Part shown: positions 1 to 12,000 of the stretch, in pieces
Position numbering within the stretch: position 1 is the stretch's first letter
Layout: every line of letters starts with the position of its first letter
NCBI GenBank assembly: GCA_051294375.1
Contig: CM119266.1
Location: 20,099,657-20,163,656 of the forward strand
Source: Paraspadella gotoi
Taxonomy: Eukaryota; Animalia; Chaetognatha
DNA length: 64,000 bases
Direction of reading: 5' to 3'
Notes under the pieces: generated by a model
Database searches by the model: none
What the model saw: the letters and a program-made list of their open reading frames with translations, nothing else
Told to the model about the DNA's origin: nothing
Position numbers and translations under genes: made by a program

Positions 1-581
1 CTAAGACTAAATCAATTCAATTCATTTATTAACAATAATCGAAATACCTTGTAAGCTTATTACCTTCGAATGACTAGATCATGCAAATCTTCCTTTTTCT
101 ATCCTGCAGTGCAGAGACTGTTCGATTCTAAAGACCGGTTTTTAACCGGTTTGAGTTTTTATTCGAGCTCAGAGTTTAAATTCTTGGCTTTTGCACAGTA
201 TTCGAAATTTAAGGTAGGCATATTTTTTGCGGGAGTTTAAAAAAGGGTCCGAGAACAGTTGATGACACAATACTAAATCCAAACGTGAATATCAAGTTTT
301 ATTAAGTAACATTTTATATTATTTATCGAATACGATAACTGGCGTTTTTTAAATTATAGTGATATTGATTATATTAGTATAATAAGTCACCTTATTATAT
401 ATTTTATCTAAAAAAATTTAAATAATTTAATCGTGGCAAAATTTAAAAAATTGAAAAAGCTTTATGGAATTTTTTTAAAAAATACTAAAATGACCAAGCC
501 CGAAATAAAATCTTTTGTTTTATTTATTGTTTCATGAAATTATTTCAGTCACGCGATTAGCTATTGATCAACATCGAAAAC

Positions 582-2216
582 ATGAAGCGGAAAACAGAAC
601 ATTTTGCAACTTTGTTCCTCTACTTTGTGGCCAATTTTTACCCGTCGATGCAAGAAATTCGATTCGACATCTGCGACGTATCAAAATCGTTTTCCACCGA
701 CGATCTTGCAAATAGCGGCATCACCCTTTTAATCTCTACAGGGTTAAGAAATAATTTCATCGAGAGCAGGAATCCTCGAGTTCTTTCCCACTGCAAAATT
801 GTCCTTTCGCTGGACTCTAGCAAAACCACCGAGATCAGCTTTCGGGAACCACCAAATAGAAAATTATTAACTGAATCCACCCGCTATTGCCTAAACTTTG
901 AATTAGAAAAGGCGGGTGTTCAAGTTCGGACGGAATCGTTGTCTTGTAATACCACCCAGCCATCCAAAAAAATACTGATTTATATCTTGGATACGGAAAA
1001 ATTGACCCTTCGAATTGATGAATCTGTGGCGGTGACGGACAAACTCGACTTCGAGATTTTAATTAAATCGCAGGATTACTCAATCGTTGAGCCGAAATAT
1101 GTGTACGCGACAAACAAATTACTATTCAAATGCGATTACGAAAACAATGATTATCTCTCTCCAAATCTATTTAAGGGAGACATAGATTTGACCGCCAACT
1201 TGGTTAATCGAGAGTACCGTCATTCATTGGCTGGCGATACTCCTAAAAACGCGTCTGGTCGTTATGATTGTACCTGGGGCTCCTCCGCCTCAGATCGTCG
1301 TCCACTTACCTCCTTCTATGCCGTGGTGTACTCCACCCGAGTAATTTGCGAAGTTCAGGAGCGCAATGATGTTTCAAATCTCCTTTTGACCAGAAACGAA
1401 AGTAGAGGCTCTGAAATCCAACTCGTCGTTCCGGAAGGAACGAGTCTTTCGAATTATCGTATGTTGTGTTCGCTCGCCTTCGGCGGGACCGAAGAGTCGT
1501 CAAAAGCAGCCACACTTGATTGGGAACCACCACTCGGCTATAACGGTCCGGAGCAACCCTTTCCTGAGACACATACCTCGAACGCTGACCTCAAATCGCG
1601 CGGACTACTTCACTCGATCACAGTCAACGGTTCCGTTACTTATAAGTGCCAGTTGACGACGAATGTCTCGATTGATGGCGGAAAACCTCAACCCTGTACA
1701 ATTCGTTTTGTCACCGAGAGGGTGCTGGAAGAAGAGGAGCGGTCAAGATCTGCCGGATTGTGGTGGATCACAATCATTGTAGCTATCGTAGTCATTATCA
1801 TCGTCGTTGTAGTTGTGGTGTGCGTTAAGGTACGATCACGGAAATCCAAAGATGGCCGGACGCCGGTCATATCCGAAACTAAGTCAGAGGCAACTTTCGA
1901 CGACGTGTCTATCGACACTCGAGAAGTGGATTTGAACGACAAAGCCAGCGCTGCGGACGACAACCCATCGGTCAGTCCCATTGAAAACATTCCCGATGTT
2001 GCTGTAGTCACACCCTCACCCGATGTGACCACGCCGACGACCACGATTGATCCACCAACGGACATCGAGGATAACGACGCGAAAGTTGTTTACGCCAACG
2101 CTGCTTTGGATTCCGTGGCCGAAAAATCGAAAGAAACGATCGGCAAAAAAGACGAAAATCCGTACTATGACGTCGTCGCCGACGGAGGAAACGAAATTTT
2201 GGAGGAAACCGTTTGA
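582..2216 (+). CDS. Intronless orphan type I single-pass membrane protein with putative divergent Ig-like ectodomain and Tyr/PDZ motifs in the tail
   Basis: Long open frame; first ATG at 582 follows an in-frame TAG (558-560) and an acceptor-like tttcag (547-548). N-terminal hydrophobic stretch FATLFLYFVANF; TM GLWWITIIVAIVVIIIVVVVVVCV followed by KVRSRKSK; Y-x-C motifs (SGRYDC, VTYKC); C-terminus EETV; AATAAA just after the stop. Confidence 0.8.
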   Translation: MKRKTEHFATLFLYFVANFYPSMQEIRFDICDVSKSFSTDDLANSGITLLISTGLRNNFIESRNPRVLSHCKIVLSLDSSKTTEISFREPPNRKLLTESTRYCLNFELEKAGVQVRTESLSCNTTQPSKKILIYILDTEKLTLRIDESVAVTDKLDFEILIKSQDYSIVEPKYVYATNKLLFKCDYENNDYLSPNLFKGDIDLTANLVNREYRHSLAGDTPKNASGRYDCTWGSSASDRRPLTSFYAVVYSTRVICEVQERNDVSNLLLTRNESRGSEIQLVVPEGTSLSNYRMLCSLAFGGTEESSKAATLDWEPPLGYNGPEQPFPETHTSNADLKSRGLLHSITVNGSVTYKCQLTTNVSIDGGKPQPCTIRFVTERVLEEEERSRSAGLWWITIIVAIVVIIIVVVVVVCVKVRSRKSKDGRTPVISETKSEATFDDVSIDTREVDLNDKASAADDNPSVSPIENIPDVAVVTPSPDVTTPTTTIDPPTDIEDNDAKVVYANAALDSVAEKSKETIGKKDENPYYDVVADGGNEILEETV

Positions 2217-2958
2217 AAAATAAAGTTATTCACATGGAACGAGACCGATAGAACGCGATCTTGTCAGACCTGTATTTAGTTATTTTCAAGAATCACGTGT
2301 ATGGCAATGTATGTATTGGTTCCTATTATGACTACTATTGTTAATAAATTCGATTATTCATTCTTCTAAAACTTAGCTACGTAATTATGGATAAGGCTGA
2401 ATAACGGTAGACGCAACTTTAAAGTTTAAGACTATAACAAGCCTAAGAGTAAGACTAATAAGACTATTGGCTAATGGCTATGTCTGCTCAATAAACGATT
2501 GCCGTTGTGGGTCGACGACCCCCTCTCTCGGTCACTTCACGAGGCTCTTTGATTTGACTTTTGTTTTTAAAAGTTTAACTGCCAAAGGCGACGCAGGGAG
2601 CGAAGAAAAGATAGAATGTTTTGTACAATGTACATTTATAATATGTATTTCCAAATACTTTTATTATTAACAATTGAATTAGAATTAGAGATTGTTACCA
2701 CCACTATTTAGCTTCCACGTTGCCGGATATTAGAAATAGACAAAATATTCAAAATAGATTGGTTAAAAACAAGAAGTAATCAACATGGGTCATAGAAAAT
2801 AGACTCAACCAAAAAAATCTTAAAAGCATAAGGATCGTCGCAATCGCATAAGAAAAATCTGCATTAACGACAAATTTTGATACTAAAAAAAATAAAATTT
2901 GAGAAAAGAAAATTAATTTATAAATAGAAAGAAAATTATATTTTATAAATTATAAATC

Positions 2959-3060
2959 TTAGGAATTGTTTATTGTTTGCCAATACAACGATTTTTATTT
3001 ACATAGTACATGTTTCGACTCTGTTGATTCGAGTCTTCAAAAATGCTCTACACATTAATT

Positions 3061-3096
<36 letters not shown>

Positions 3097-3866
3097 AAGA
3101 GAGAGGAGAGAGAGTGGAACACCCAATGCCACCCCAACCGCACGGTGATTCCCCTGTCCCAACTCAACGGGTCAGGCGGAGGCCTCCCGGCAGGCAATGG
3201 ACGTCCGATACCTCTCCCGAACCTGTAGCAACTTGGCGTGACTCTCTGAACGCCAAGCGCCGCCCAAAACGACGGCTACAGGAGGAGGGAGAGGAGTCTG
3301 TATCTCCTGCACCAAAACAGGCAAGAACAGGCAACTGCCCACCTCACCGTCAGGTGAGAGGAGGGCCTTCGGCAGGCTTATCAGGCCAAAGAGATATTAG
3401 AGTGGCACTTGGTATTTTCCCAGCCGGGTCTTTACCTGACCCCATGATATCCCACTCTACAAGAATATCATCTCAGTCTATGACAAGCCAATGACCCGAT
3501 CATATCGTCAGCGTCCCACCTTTGTCCACCCGGGGGGGCCAGCTCATTTTGAGCTCTTTCTTCTCTTATATATATTTCACTTAACTATTAACTTATCTAT
3601 CCCTCACCACCTATTCCTCCATTTCATTTTTCATCATTATTACTTATTTAACTTTTGTTAATTCAAAATCTCAGCTTATTTCTAAGTTTTTCTAAATTAT
3701 TCTTTGTTGTACATTGTCAAATGTAATTATTTCTCTCTCTCTCTCTCTCTCTTTCACTTTTCACCATTTCAAAATTATCTTCTTCTCTGTTCTTACCTTC
3801 ACCTGTCCTCTCATCTGGCCACTGTCCTTTACTCAGCCCTTTGTTGAAACTCTCCCTCAATCTCTC

Positions 3867-3900
<34 letters not shown>

Positions 3901-4023
3901 ACTTAATGTGTAGAGCATTTTTGATAATGTTTTTCAAAGCTGATGAAGACTCGATCAACAGAGTCGAAACATGTACTATGTAAATAAAAATCGTTGTATT
4001 GGCAAACAATAAACAATTCCTAA
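2959..4023 (+). mobile_element. 5'-truncated Penelope-like element (PLE) remnant with inverted pseudo-LTR copy
   Basis: 2959-~3070 is the reverse complement of ~3890-4023, apart from a ~20-nt deletion that removes the CTGATGA box in the left copy. The right copy contains a minimal hammerhead motif typical of PLE pLTRs. Confidence 0.6.
3931..3984 (+). ncRNA. Minimal type I hammerhead ribozyme motif
   Basis: CTGATGA (3940-3946), stem II GACTC/GAGTC, GAAA (3966-3969), palindromic ACATGT stem III, GTA cleavage triplet (3973-3975), imperfect stem I TTTTCAAAG/CTATGTAAA. Confidence 0.7.
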
Positions 4024-4277
4024 TATTCACTTAGCAACGAATAGAGAGAAAATAATACAAATTATTAAAATCAAAGTTTCTTAAAAAAAGCGGAAAAAAA
4101 AACAAACAAAATTTTCATTGTCAAGCCCCTGTGAAAAAAAAAACGAAATAAAAACGCGATGTTGCGATAGCAAAATGATAACATGCACGAATGCGATTAT
4201 AATTTTATAAGTTCAATCCTATTTCAATTTTTTTTAATAAAAACGCAGAGAGAGAGAGAGAGAAAAAAAAAAGAAAT

Positions 4278-4421
4278 CAAAAGGCAGCAGCAGAAGCAGC
4301 AGGAGAAAAGAAAGAAAAAGAGAGAGCCTTTGCAGAGCCAGCTGCAGACTCAAAAGGCAGCAGCAGAAGCAGCAGGAGAAAGAGAAAAAGAATAAGCCCC
4401 TGCAGAGCCAGCTGCAGACTC
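4278..4421. repeat. Two-copy ~72-bp tandem duplication (CAAAAGGCAGCAGCAGAAGCAGCAGGAGAAA...TGCAGAGCCAGCTGCAGACTC)
   Basis: Direct repeat visible in the sequence. Confidence 0.8.
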
Positions 4422-5341
4422 GTTTTTTTCCCTATGAATCGTGACTAGGGAAAAGAGAGAGGGAGAGAGACATGTAATTAAAAGAGGAAAGAGAGAGAGA
4501 AAGAAATATAAAAATAAAAGAGAGAAAATTGTTGTTTTGATAAAACGTAACAAAACATATTTAATAAGTGTCCTGACTCAATTTTAAGCACATCGATGAT
4601 GAGAAGCTGTATACAAATTTTCAGCTTCATACACCCAAATTTAATCATAAAAAAGTGCGATCTATAATTTGGAACGCCAACGACGACAACTTATGTCCCA
4701 CTTATGTGCAAAACCACAGCAATATCGCAAAGCGATTGCGACGATAAAAAATCTTCTGAGACGTATGATTGTGATTAATAATTGGGAAATCACTAAACAA
4801 ATTTAATTAAAGGTGAACAAAGTAATTAAAGTAAATTAAATTTAGAATTAGTACAGTAATTACTGAAAGTAAACCTGCAAATTTTTTGAATCATGAAATC
4901 GAAAATGGTGACAAAAGATTTTATGAATTTCTTTATTAATCATAGGTTAATCATAAGGAGATAATTAATGGCATAAATTGTGGAAAACGGATAGAATGAT
5001 TGGATAGTGGATGGATACTCTTATTGAGGGGCATTTACACTTTTTTACTTTTCGCCAACAAAAATCCCAAAAACGGTCACAAGACTTTCAGTAGTGACAG
5101 TCCATAAAGGGACAGTTTCAACTGCTCTCGATGTAATTGTTCACTACTACTGATTGATTTCTATCCCGCCTCGATTTATGATGGGGATCGCGGAATGAAG
5201 CACTAAATCCTGCCGCGGATCCCCCCAAAAATATCCTTGTAGTAAATTAAGGTTAAGATTAGGTTAAGGAATTTAGGAACAGAAATGGACCGCTTTTGGA
5301 TAAGAGAGCCCGAAAAAAAACATAAATTTGAAAGATGATGC

Positions 5342-6074
5342 TATGGCAACAGCCGGGTTGCCTGTGATGCCCATTGGGATGGGGCATCTCACTGTTGGCT
5401 TTGGGGCTTCCGACCCTCAGTGACGCCTCCAGTCACTGGCGCGGTTACCCAGGACGGTCTCCGCTTTGCCACACGCAGAGGGAAGTCATTAGGACTGTGG
5501 ATGGAACACTACGCCTGGGATGGTGTGTTCCCCCTCTGAGCCAATGGATTTGGCTGCCGGATGGTGGACGTGAGGCGGTGTGAATATACCACCACAGGAT
5601 CCCGGGCCAAGCATCACTCATGGTTCCTCAGCCTGAGAGGTGTCTGACAAGACTGTTACCATAGTGGAGGAGAGAGAGCGCGAGTTGTGGGGGCATAGGG
5701 TTTGTCGTAGCGTACCCAGGGGCATAGGCGTTTGTCGTAGCGTACCGAAGTCGGCAGGGCATAGGCGTTTGTCGTAGTGTACCCTGAGAAGGTTGCGTGT
5801 TCGATAGTAGGGCTCACCACTTATGGCAACAGCCGGGTTGCCTGTGATGCCCATTGGGATGGGGCATCTCACTGTTGGCTTTGGGGGCTTCCGACCCTCA
5901 GTGAGCCTCCAGTCACTGGCGCGGTTACCCTAGGACGGTCTCGCTTTGCCAACGCAGAGGGAAGTCATTAGGACTGTGGATGGAAACCTACGCCTGGGAT
6001 GGTGTGTTCCCCTCTGAGCCAATGGATTTGGCTGACGGATGGTGGACGTGAGGCGGTGTGAATATACCGCCACA
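5342..6074 (-). mobile_element. TRIM-type non-autonomous LTR retroelement, family A (full length)
   Basis: Two ~255-bp direct repeats (5342-5596, 5822-6074); TSD ATGC (5338-5341, 6075-6078); minus-strand LTR ends TGTGG...CCATA; PBS TGGTGAGCCC 2 nt after the 5' LTR; ~225-bp non-coding interior with three copies of GGGCATAGGCGTTTGTCGTAGCGTACC. Confidence 0.9.
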
Positions 6075-6085
6075 ATGCTTCATAT

Positions 6086-9000
6086 TTACACTCTCACCCC
6101 TTCCACATGGGTTACGAGAGTGACAGAGACGTCGTGGAGAGGTATGCCGCTTGGCGGTCCCCCGAGATAAACGTCGCCTGCCGCCGCTTGCAATTCGGCG
6201 ATTGTGAGTTTTTGAGCTCTCGCGTCGACGTTCGGGACGTTGGCAACACCGCCGCTGCCCAAAGAATTTTCGCCGTATTGGTTATCGTCGGCGTCTTGGT
6301 TAGGGAGTCGTAAGGTGGCGTTGGAGAGATCGCCTCGCCCTCGACGATTGCATCGATTCTTGCAAGAGGAAGGAACAAAGGTACGGACGAAGCATTGCCG
6401 AAATTGAGTGAAGAACAAAAGGTAAATTGGAAAGTTCGTGGAAGAGTTCACCACCAAAAGTAAATCGGTGAATTCGCGCACTCCTTTTTCGAAGTTGGAG
6501 CCGTCTGCGTACTTAGGACCTTCGAGAGAGTCATATTTACATTTAATCTTGTAAAGTATGCGTTTTTAGTAACTTAAAACTAAAAAAAATTATCCCACCC
6601 GTACCCCGCGTTACATTCTATTCTAGGTTTAAAACTTGAGAATGTGCATTCATGTGCAATTGTGCATGTGAATGTAGAGTCTTGTGAAAAAAAAACCAAA
6701 AAAAAAAAAAAAACGCGTCACTATGTATCAGCCCTAATAAGTCACCATGTATTCTTTGATTTCGATTTTCAAGGCAATTAAAAAATAGGAAGAAGCAATG
6801 TCAATGATTGTAAATCTTAACAAAATTCGATTTACCTAGATCGCGTTTGGAATACTCAAGTTTAAAAAATATTTACTCTTAAAGCACGGATTCTGATAAA
6901 ATTTATTGATCTCATGTTTTAAAATATTCGTATGAAGAGTCTGGAATTTAAAGTTAAAATTGGCCCTTTTTTCTTTTTTTATCTTTTCCACAGGATTGTA
7001 TTACGTCACTACAGGTATTTTAAGGCTTGAGCGTCAAATTGTTCCATATTATTCTCGGGCCACCGAAATTTCTAATTATTTTTATCAAAAAATATTGGCT
7101 TCTTTTTTTGAGTAGTTTTTAGTTGCTCCGCGAGTACTCACGGAGCAACTCTATAAGTCACGTTTCGGTCGGTCGGTCGGTCTCACGTTAAAAATATACA
7201 TAATTTGATTATAGTTATTTGTTGAGACAGAAAAAACCTCAAATCTAAGGGACTGCTAGTGCCGCCTTCAGGAAATCCTAAAACTTTAAAGAATAAAAGA
7301 CAGAATTCCGATGCAGTGCGTGTCATAAATATACAGGCTAAGAAAGTTATAGTAGTCATGTAGTGATGTCATGTCGCGTCACGAAAAATACACTGTGGCG
7401 TAACACATTGGATGAACCGATCTTGTTTATTTTTTATAAATTAAATTTTGTCTGAGTTGTTAGCAGATTAGCAAACAAATTTTATGCTGTCATAACATCT
7501 TTTTATTACTGATACTTACCAATAATCAAACTGATGAGGGCGTCAGGCGTAATGCAAACAAGGAATATGACGAGAACAACGATGAGCATCATAGTGATGC
7601 GATTTTTCTTTCCCTAAAGCGCATTAGTCATTTTATTTGACGTGACACGGATTAATATATAGGAAAAAGAAGGGAAGAAAAAAGAAAAAGAGATACTTAT
7701 GACAAATGAAAACTGGACCATGATGTTCTAAAATAGGCATACGTGAAAATGATCCATTTTAATGGCCCCTTTACGATCCACCTCACTTTTTTTCTAACTC
7801 TTCTCTTCGCTTTTCCGCTATATAATTTTCTTTGATGAATTACCGCAGGTTTTCACGCGAAGAAAAAAAAAGTTTTTAGTCGCGTAACATAGGGGCAGCC
7901 GAACTCAGTGGGGTAGGTAAAAAATTTTAAGTTAATATCATAAGTTGGGGAACTACTTGAGGCGACTTACCACCGGTCGTTTTTTATGTATAAGTTTCAT
8001 TTCGTGTTTAATTCATTTACTATTCTATGTTTAATTTTTTATCTAACAGTAAAATTGGCGAAAAAAGACCATTTTAGGCATGTTTTGATCGAATTTTTAA
8101 AAAAATTTACATCTTAAGAAATCCCTATTAATGGTCTAATCAATGGCGTATCTGAATTATCGTAATGTGTAACTTCTGAGTAATGATTTTTTATTTATTT
8201 TTTTAATTGTAAATCTTAAGTTTTCTTTATACAATTCGTCCATTTAGAAAAAAATGCTGTCTGAGCATATTCTTGACTGTCTTGAATAATTATTCCCAGA
8301 TAATTTTTAATTTAATGGTGTGAATGAATTTTAATAATTTTAAGTAATTAATGAGTAATTAATTTATAATGATTTTCTTTTTTTTTAAAGATTCAGTTTT
8401 TTACTGAAGATGAAATTGGATGACCATTAAAGAAAGCTTGTTTTACATAAGTAAATATCAAATTAATCTCATGAAATTAAAATATAATAAACGTCAAGTA
8501 CTTTGAGGAAAGAAAATTTAAAAAATATTTATTCAATGAGAAATAGTACGAATTTTTTTGGTGTCACTCGCGAACGGACACGGGGTACATAGAATTCCAC
8601 TTATTCGAGTTGCGCATCAAACTAACTTTCCTGATTGGTCGACAATTAGGCATGCTGTCTACGTCTCGTTACTTTTTTTTTTTGTTTACCTTGGCCGCTG
8701 TGCGTCCTTTAATTCGATCTTTCCTTAATCCTTTAATGATGAAGACGTTGAGAAAGAAAAGTATGCAGAAAGGAACGATGGAACGTAAAAAGCTCTGGCA
8801 CCAACTGAACGCGATGAAAAACGTCGCGTTATGACCAAAGGAAGTTAATTCTGTAGCGGAAAAGAAATTCTATTAATTAAGGAAGTTAATTCTATTAATT
8901 AATTATATTAATTCTATTATTTCTATTAATTAAGGAAGTTAATTCTGTAGCGGAAAAGAGATTCTATTAATTACTTTCTATAAAATGACGTTACACAGTG

Positions 9001-12000
9001 ATATACACTTCCATTATCCATATGATATCACCATTTGGTTTGTCTTTATTCAAAGGAGCACATGATGTTAATTTTGAACACCATTTTAAAGAATTTGGCC
9101 TGCGTTTTTATTGTATTACTAGTTGCGTGTCTGTCTGTCTGTAAGACACTTGTGTGTCTGTCGGTCTGTCTGTAAGTCGGTCTTTCCGTCGGTATGTCCC
9201 ACTTACGTTTTAAATGCTTCTAACTCTGGTAAATTTTTATTAATTAAGTTCATATTTGATATGAATGTAAGGTACCATAAAACATTTTTTGTTTATCTAT
9301 CATGCTTGTGCTTGTCAGGGATATTCGGTTATTTTCATTTCCAATTCCATAAACATAAAATAATTATAAGACTTACCAACATCTGGATATTCGGTGATAA
9401 GAGAATTAAACTCAGCGGGAGAACCTTCCAACTCGGTAATATTTTTTGTCACTATAACTGAAATAAAGAATGGAGGTATTGACAATTGAGGGTTTAACTT
9501 TCAACGACTGCATTTATAAGAAAATATGTATAATTTTTTAAATTTAAATTTATTTTAATTTATAAAATAAAAAAAAAGTGGATCCACGGATTGTTTGAAT
9601 AGAACCAGTTGTTTAATAATAATAATTAATATAACAATAATAATAATAATATTTAATAATTGAGATATATTTACGCGTTCTTTCTGCTCAGGATGAATGC
9701 CGAGTAAAAATGGCTTTGTGGCGGTCATAATAGATGAAATAACAAGTCGGGGAATAATAGAATGTACAATGTAAGAGGAAAATATTAAGCCTTGACTCTT
9801 TCTATCTCTTTTTAAACGTTCCCTCAATATCCCTCAATATTTTTTAATTTCAATTTAAAACGGACATGTTTCGGCTTGTAAATTTTTAGGCTTTCATCGG
9901 CGTTAACAGTTTGTGAGTGATTTTTGTGAGTGAGTTATTTTTCGTTTAAAATTTTATGAAATGTGTTTTGCCCGGAAGAAACTCTGTTTTTACGAGTTTC
10001 TATTATAAACAAGTTAAAAAAGAACCATTACAGTGTAGCTCCGCTCTTGTACGGTATAAAGTTATTAAAACTTAAAAAGTTCTAAATCAAAAAATCTATA
10101 ATTAAATAATAAAAGTTATATACTAAAAAATTTGAGAATTTAAGCAAAAAAAATCTTGTACATACTACATAGTAAACTGATAAGTATATATTGTTCACGT
10201 CACCCTATTCACAACATGATTATATGTTTATTGTTTAACATATTCTTTTTAAATTATACAAATATGATATATAATCCATTGATTTACCAGTGTGATATCG
10301 AAATCCATAGGGAATAGCCGCCATAGTCATGGTGCCGAAGACAACCACTGACACAACTCTCGCGCGAAATATGGTGCAGTAGTTTTTAGCCAGATGTGGG
10401 TAGCAAACTGATACGAAACTGGAATAAAAAAAATATAGTTATCGTCAGTCGTCATATTATCAAGTTTAAGCAAACAACGTGGGATCTGCCTAAGATAATT
10501 TAAATACATAGAATTAGCTAAGCAGATCATGTATCATGATAAACGTTAAAATATATTTTCGATTCATAATAAAAGTGAAAATAAGGAAATGATTTAAGTA
10601 CATGGTGACAATTTTATAAGCGCCGGTAGAAATATGCTGTCATTTGCAAACCAGTGGTTATTTCATTGATTTTTAAAATTAGTTGAGTAGAACATATTAA
10701 AGTCATTTATGTGTTTAAATTTTATATTGATCAGTTAAGATATGCCTTGGCAATGAGTGGAGAAAGTTGGCTTGTAAAATCGGGTTTCATTTTCTAACTC
10801 ACTTTTTTAGATTCAATTTTTTTTCTTACCTTCAGTAAGTTTTCTGAAGAAATTTAAAATAAAATAATATTAATATTATTATCTTCTGAAAGCCCTTTCA
10901 AATCTAAAGAGAATGACATACTTGCAAATACTGTAGTATAAAATTTAACCGGCCCAGCTTTAATTTAATTAGGATACTCAAAAACAAGACATATTTCCAA
11001 AAATCAATAGCTGGAGGGTAAATTTAAGATTTTTATCAATTGTGATTGGCTATCCTAAATCTCTTAAATTCAGGCTCTTTCATGATACTTATATAAATAA
11101 TAATATTTTATGTTATAATAATTTAATCAGGTCATATATTTTCAAAAAAGATTTGAAATTTTAGATAATTAACTTTTGACTCTCTTAATTGAACCAAGGC
11201 TGGGCAGCTTAATTTTTATGTTAGAGCTTTCATAAGTATATCATTCTTTTCATTTTTTTAAGGGCTTTCTGAGGATATTAATATTGTTAATATCTTAATA
11301 AATACTTTGTTTAAAAAAGAGCTAAAAGTTGAAAAAAAAATTGAAATTAAAAACAGTGAGTTAGAAAATGAAACCCGATTTTACAAGCCAACTTTCTCCA
11401 CTCATTGCCAAGGCATATCTTAACTGATCAATATAAAATTTGAACACATAAATACTTTAATATGTTCTACTTAACTAATTTTTAAAATCAATGAAATAAC
11501 CACTGGTTTGCAAATGACAGCGTATTTTTACCGGCGCTTGTAAAATTGTCACCATGTATATTATCAATTGCAGTACCCAATGCACACTTCCGGCCTAGTA
11601 CTCGGGTTCACCCCGCATTGATCCCTCATTCTTTGAGTGAAGCCGCAATTAGGTTACAAGTTTGGTAGCAGATTAAGGTTAAATCTTAGGATTACAATTA
11701 GTTTCAGGGTTTATGGTACAGAAATTGGGGCGTTTTTGGAAGAAAAGAGCCAATGATTTAATGATTAGAGATGATCTAAATAATTTACCGACAAGATATA
11801 TACTAAAATAGGGGGTTAAGATTTTACCTCTTTCATTCTCAAGGAAAATGTTTACAATATCTTACCGTTCGATTCCAATGAAAACCGTGAGCCATGATGT
11901 AATGCAGACTGAAGCGTTCATGACGTAATGACTGCAAAATAAAAATGAAAATTAATTAGTCAAGTAATACAATCACTTTTGTTTTTTTATGTCATAAATA

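Larger units (their letters stand above)
2834..4745 (-). mobile_element. Possible Helentron/HINE-like non-autonomous element bounded by 14-bp inverted repeats, with nested insertions
   Basis: ATCGTCGCAATCGC (2834-2847) is the exact reverse complement of GCGATTGCGACGAT (4732-4745). The right end has an adjacent partial hairpin and abuts an A/T run. Confidence 0.35.

Noticed and set aside
5690-5785. Three ~27-bp direct repeats resembling a mini CRISPR array
   Set aside because: Spacers are only a few bases long, the context is eukaryotic, and the repeats are the interior of a TRIM.
7531-7560. CTGATGA hammerhead-like box
   Set aside because: It is the antisense of GPCR coding sequence, with no stem II or GAAA following.
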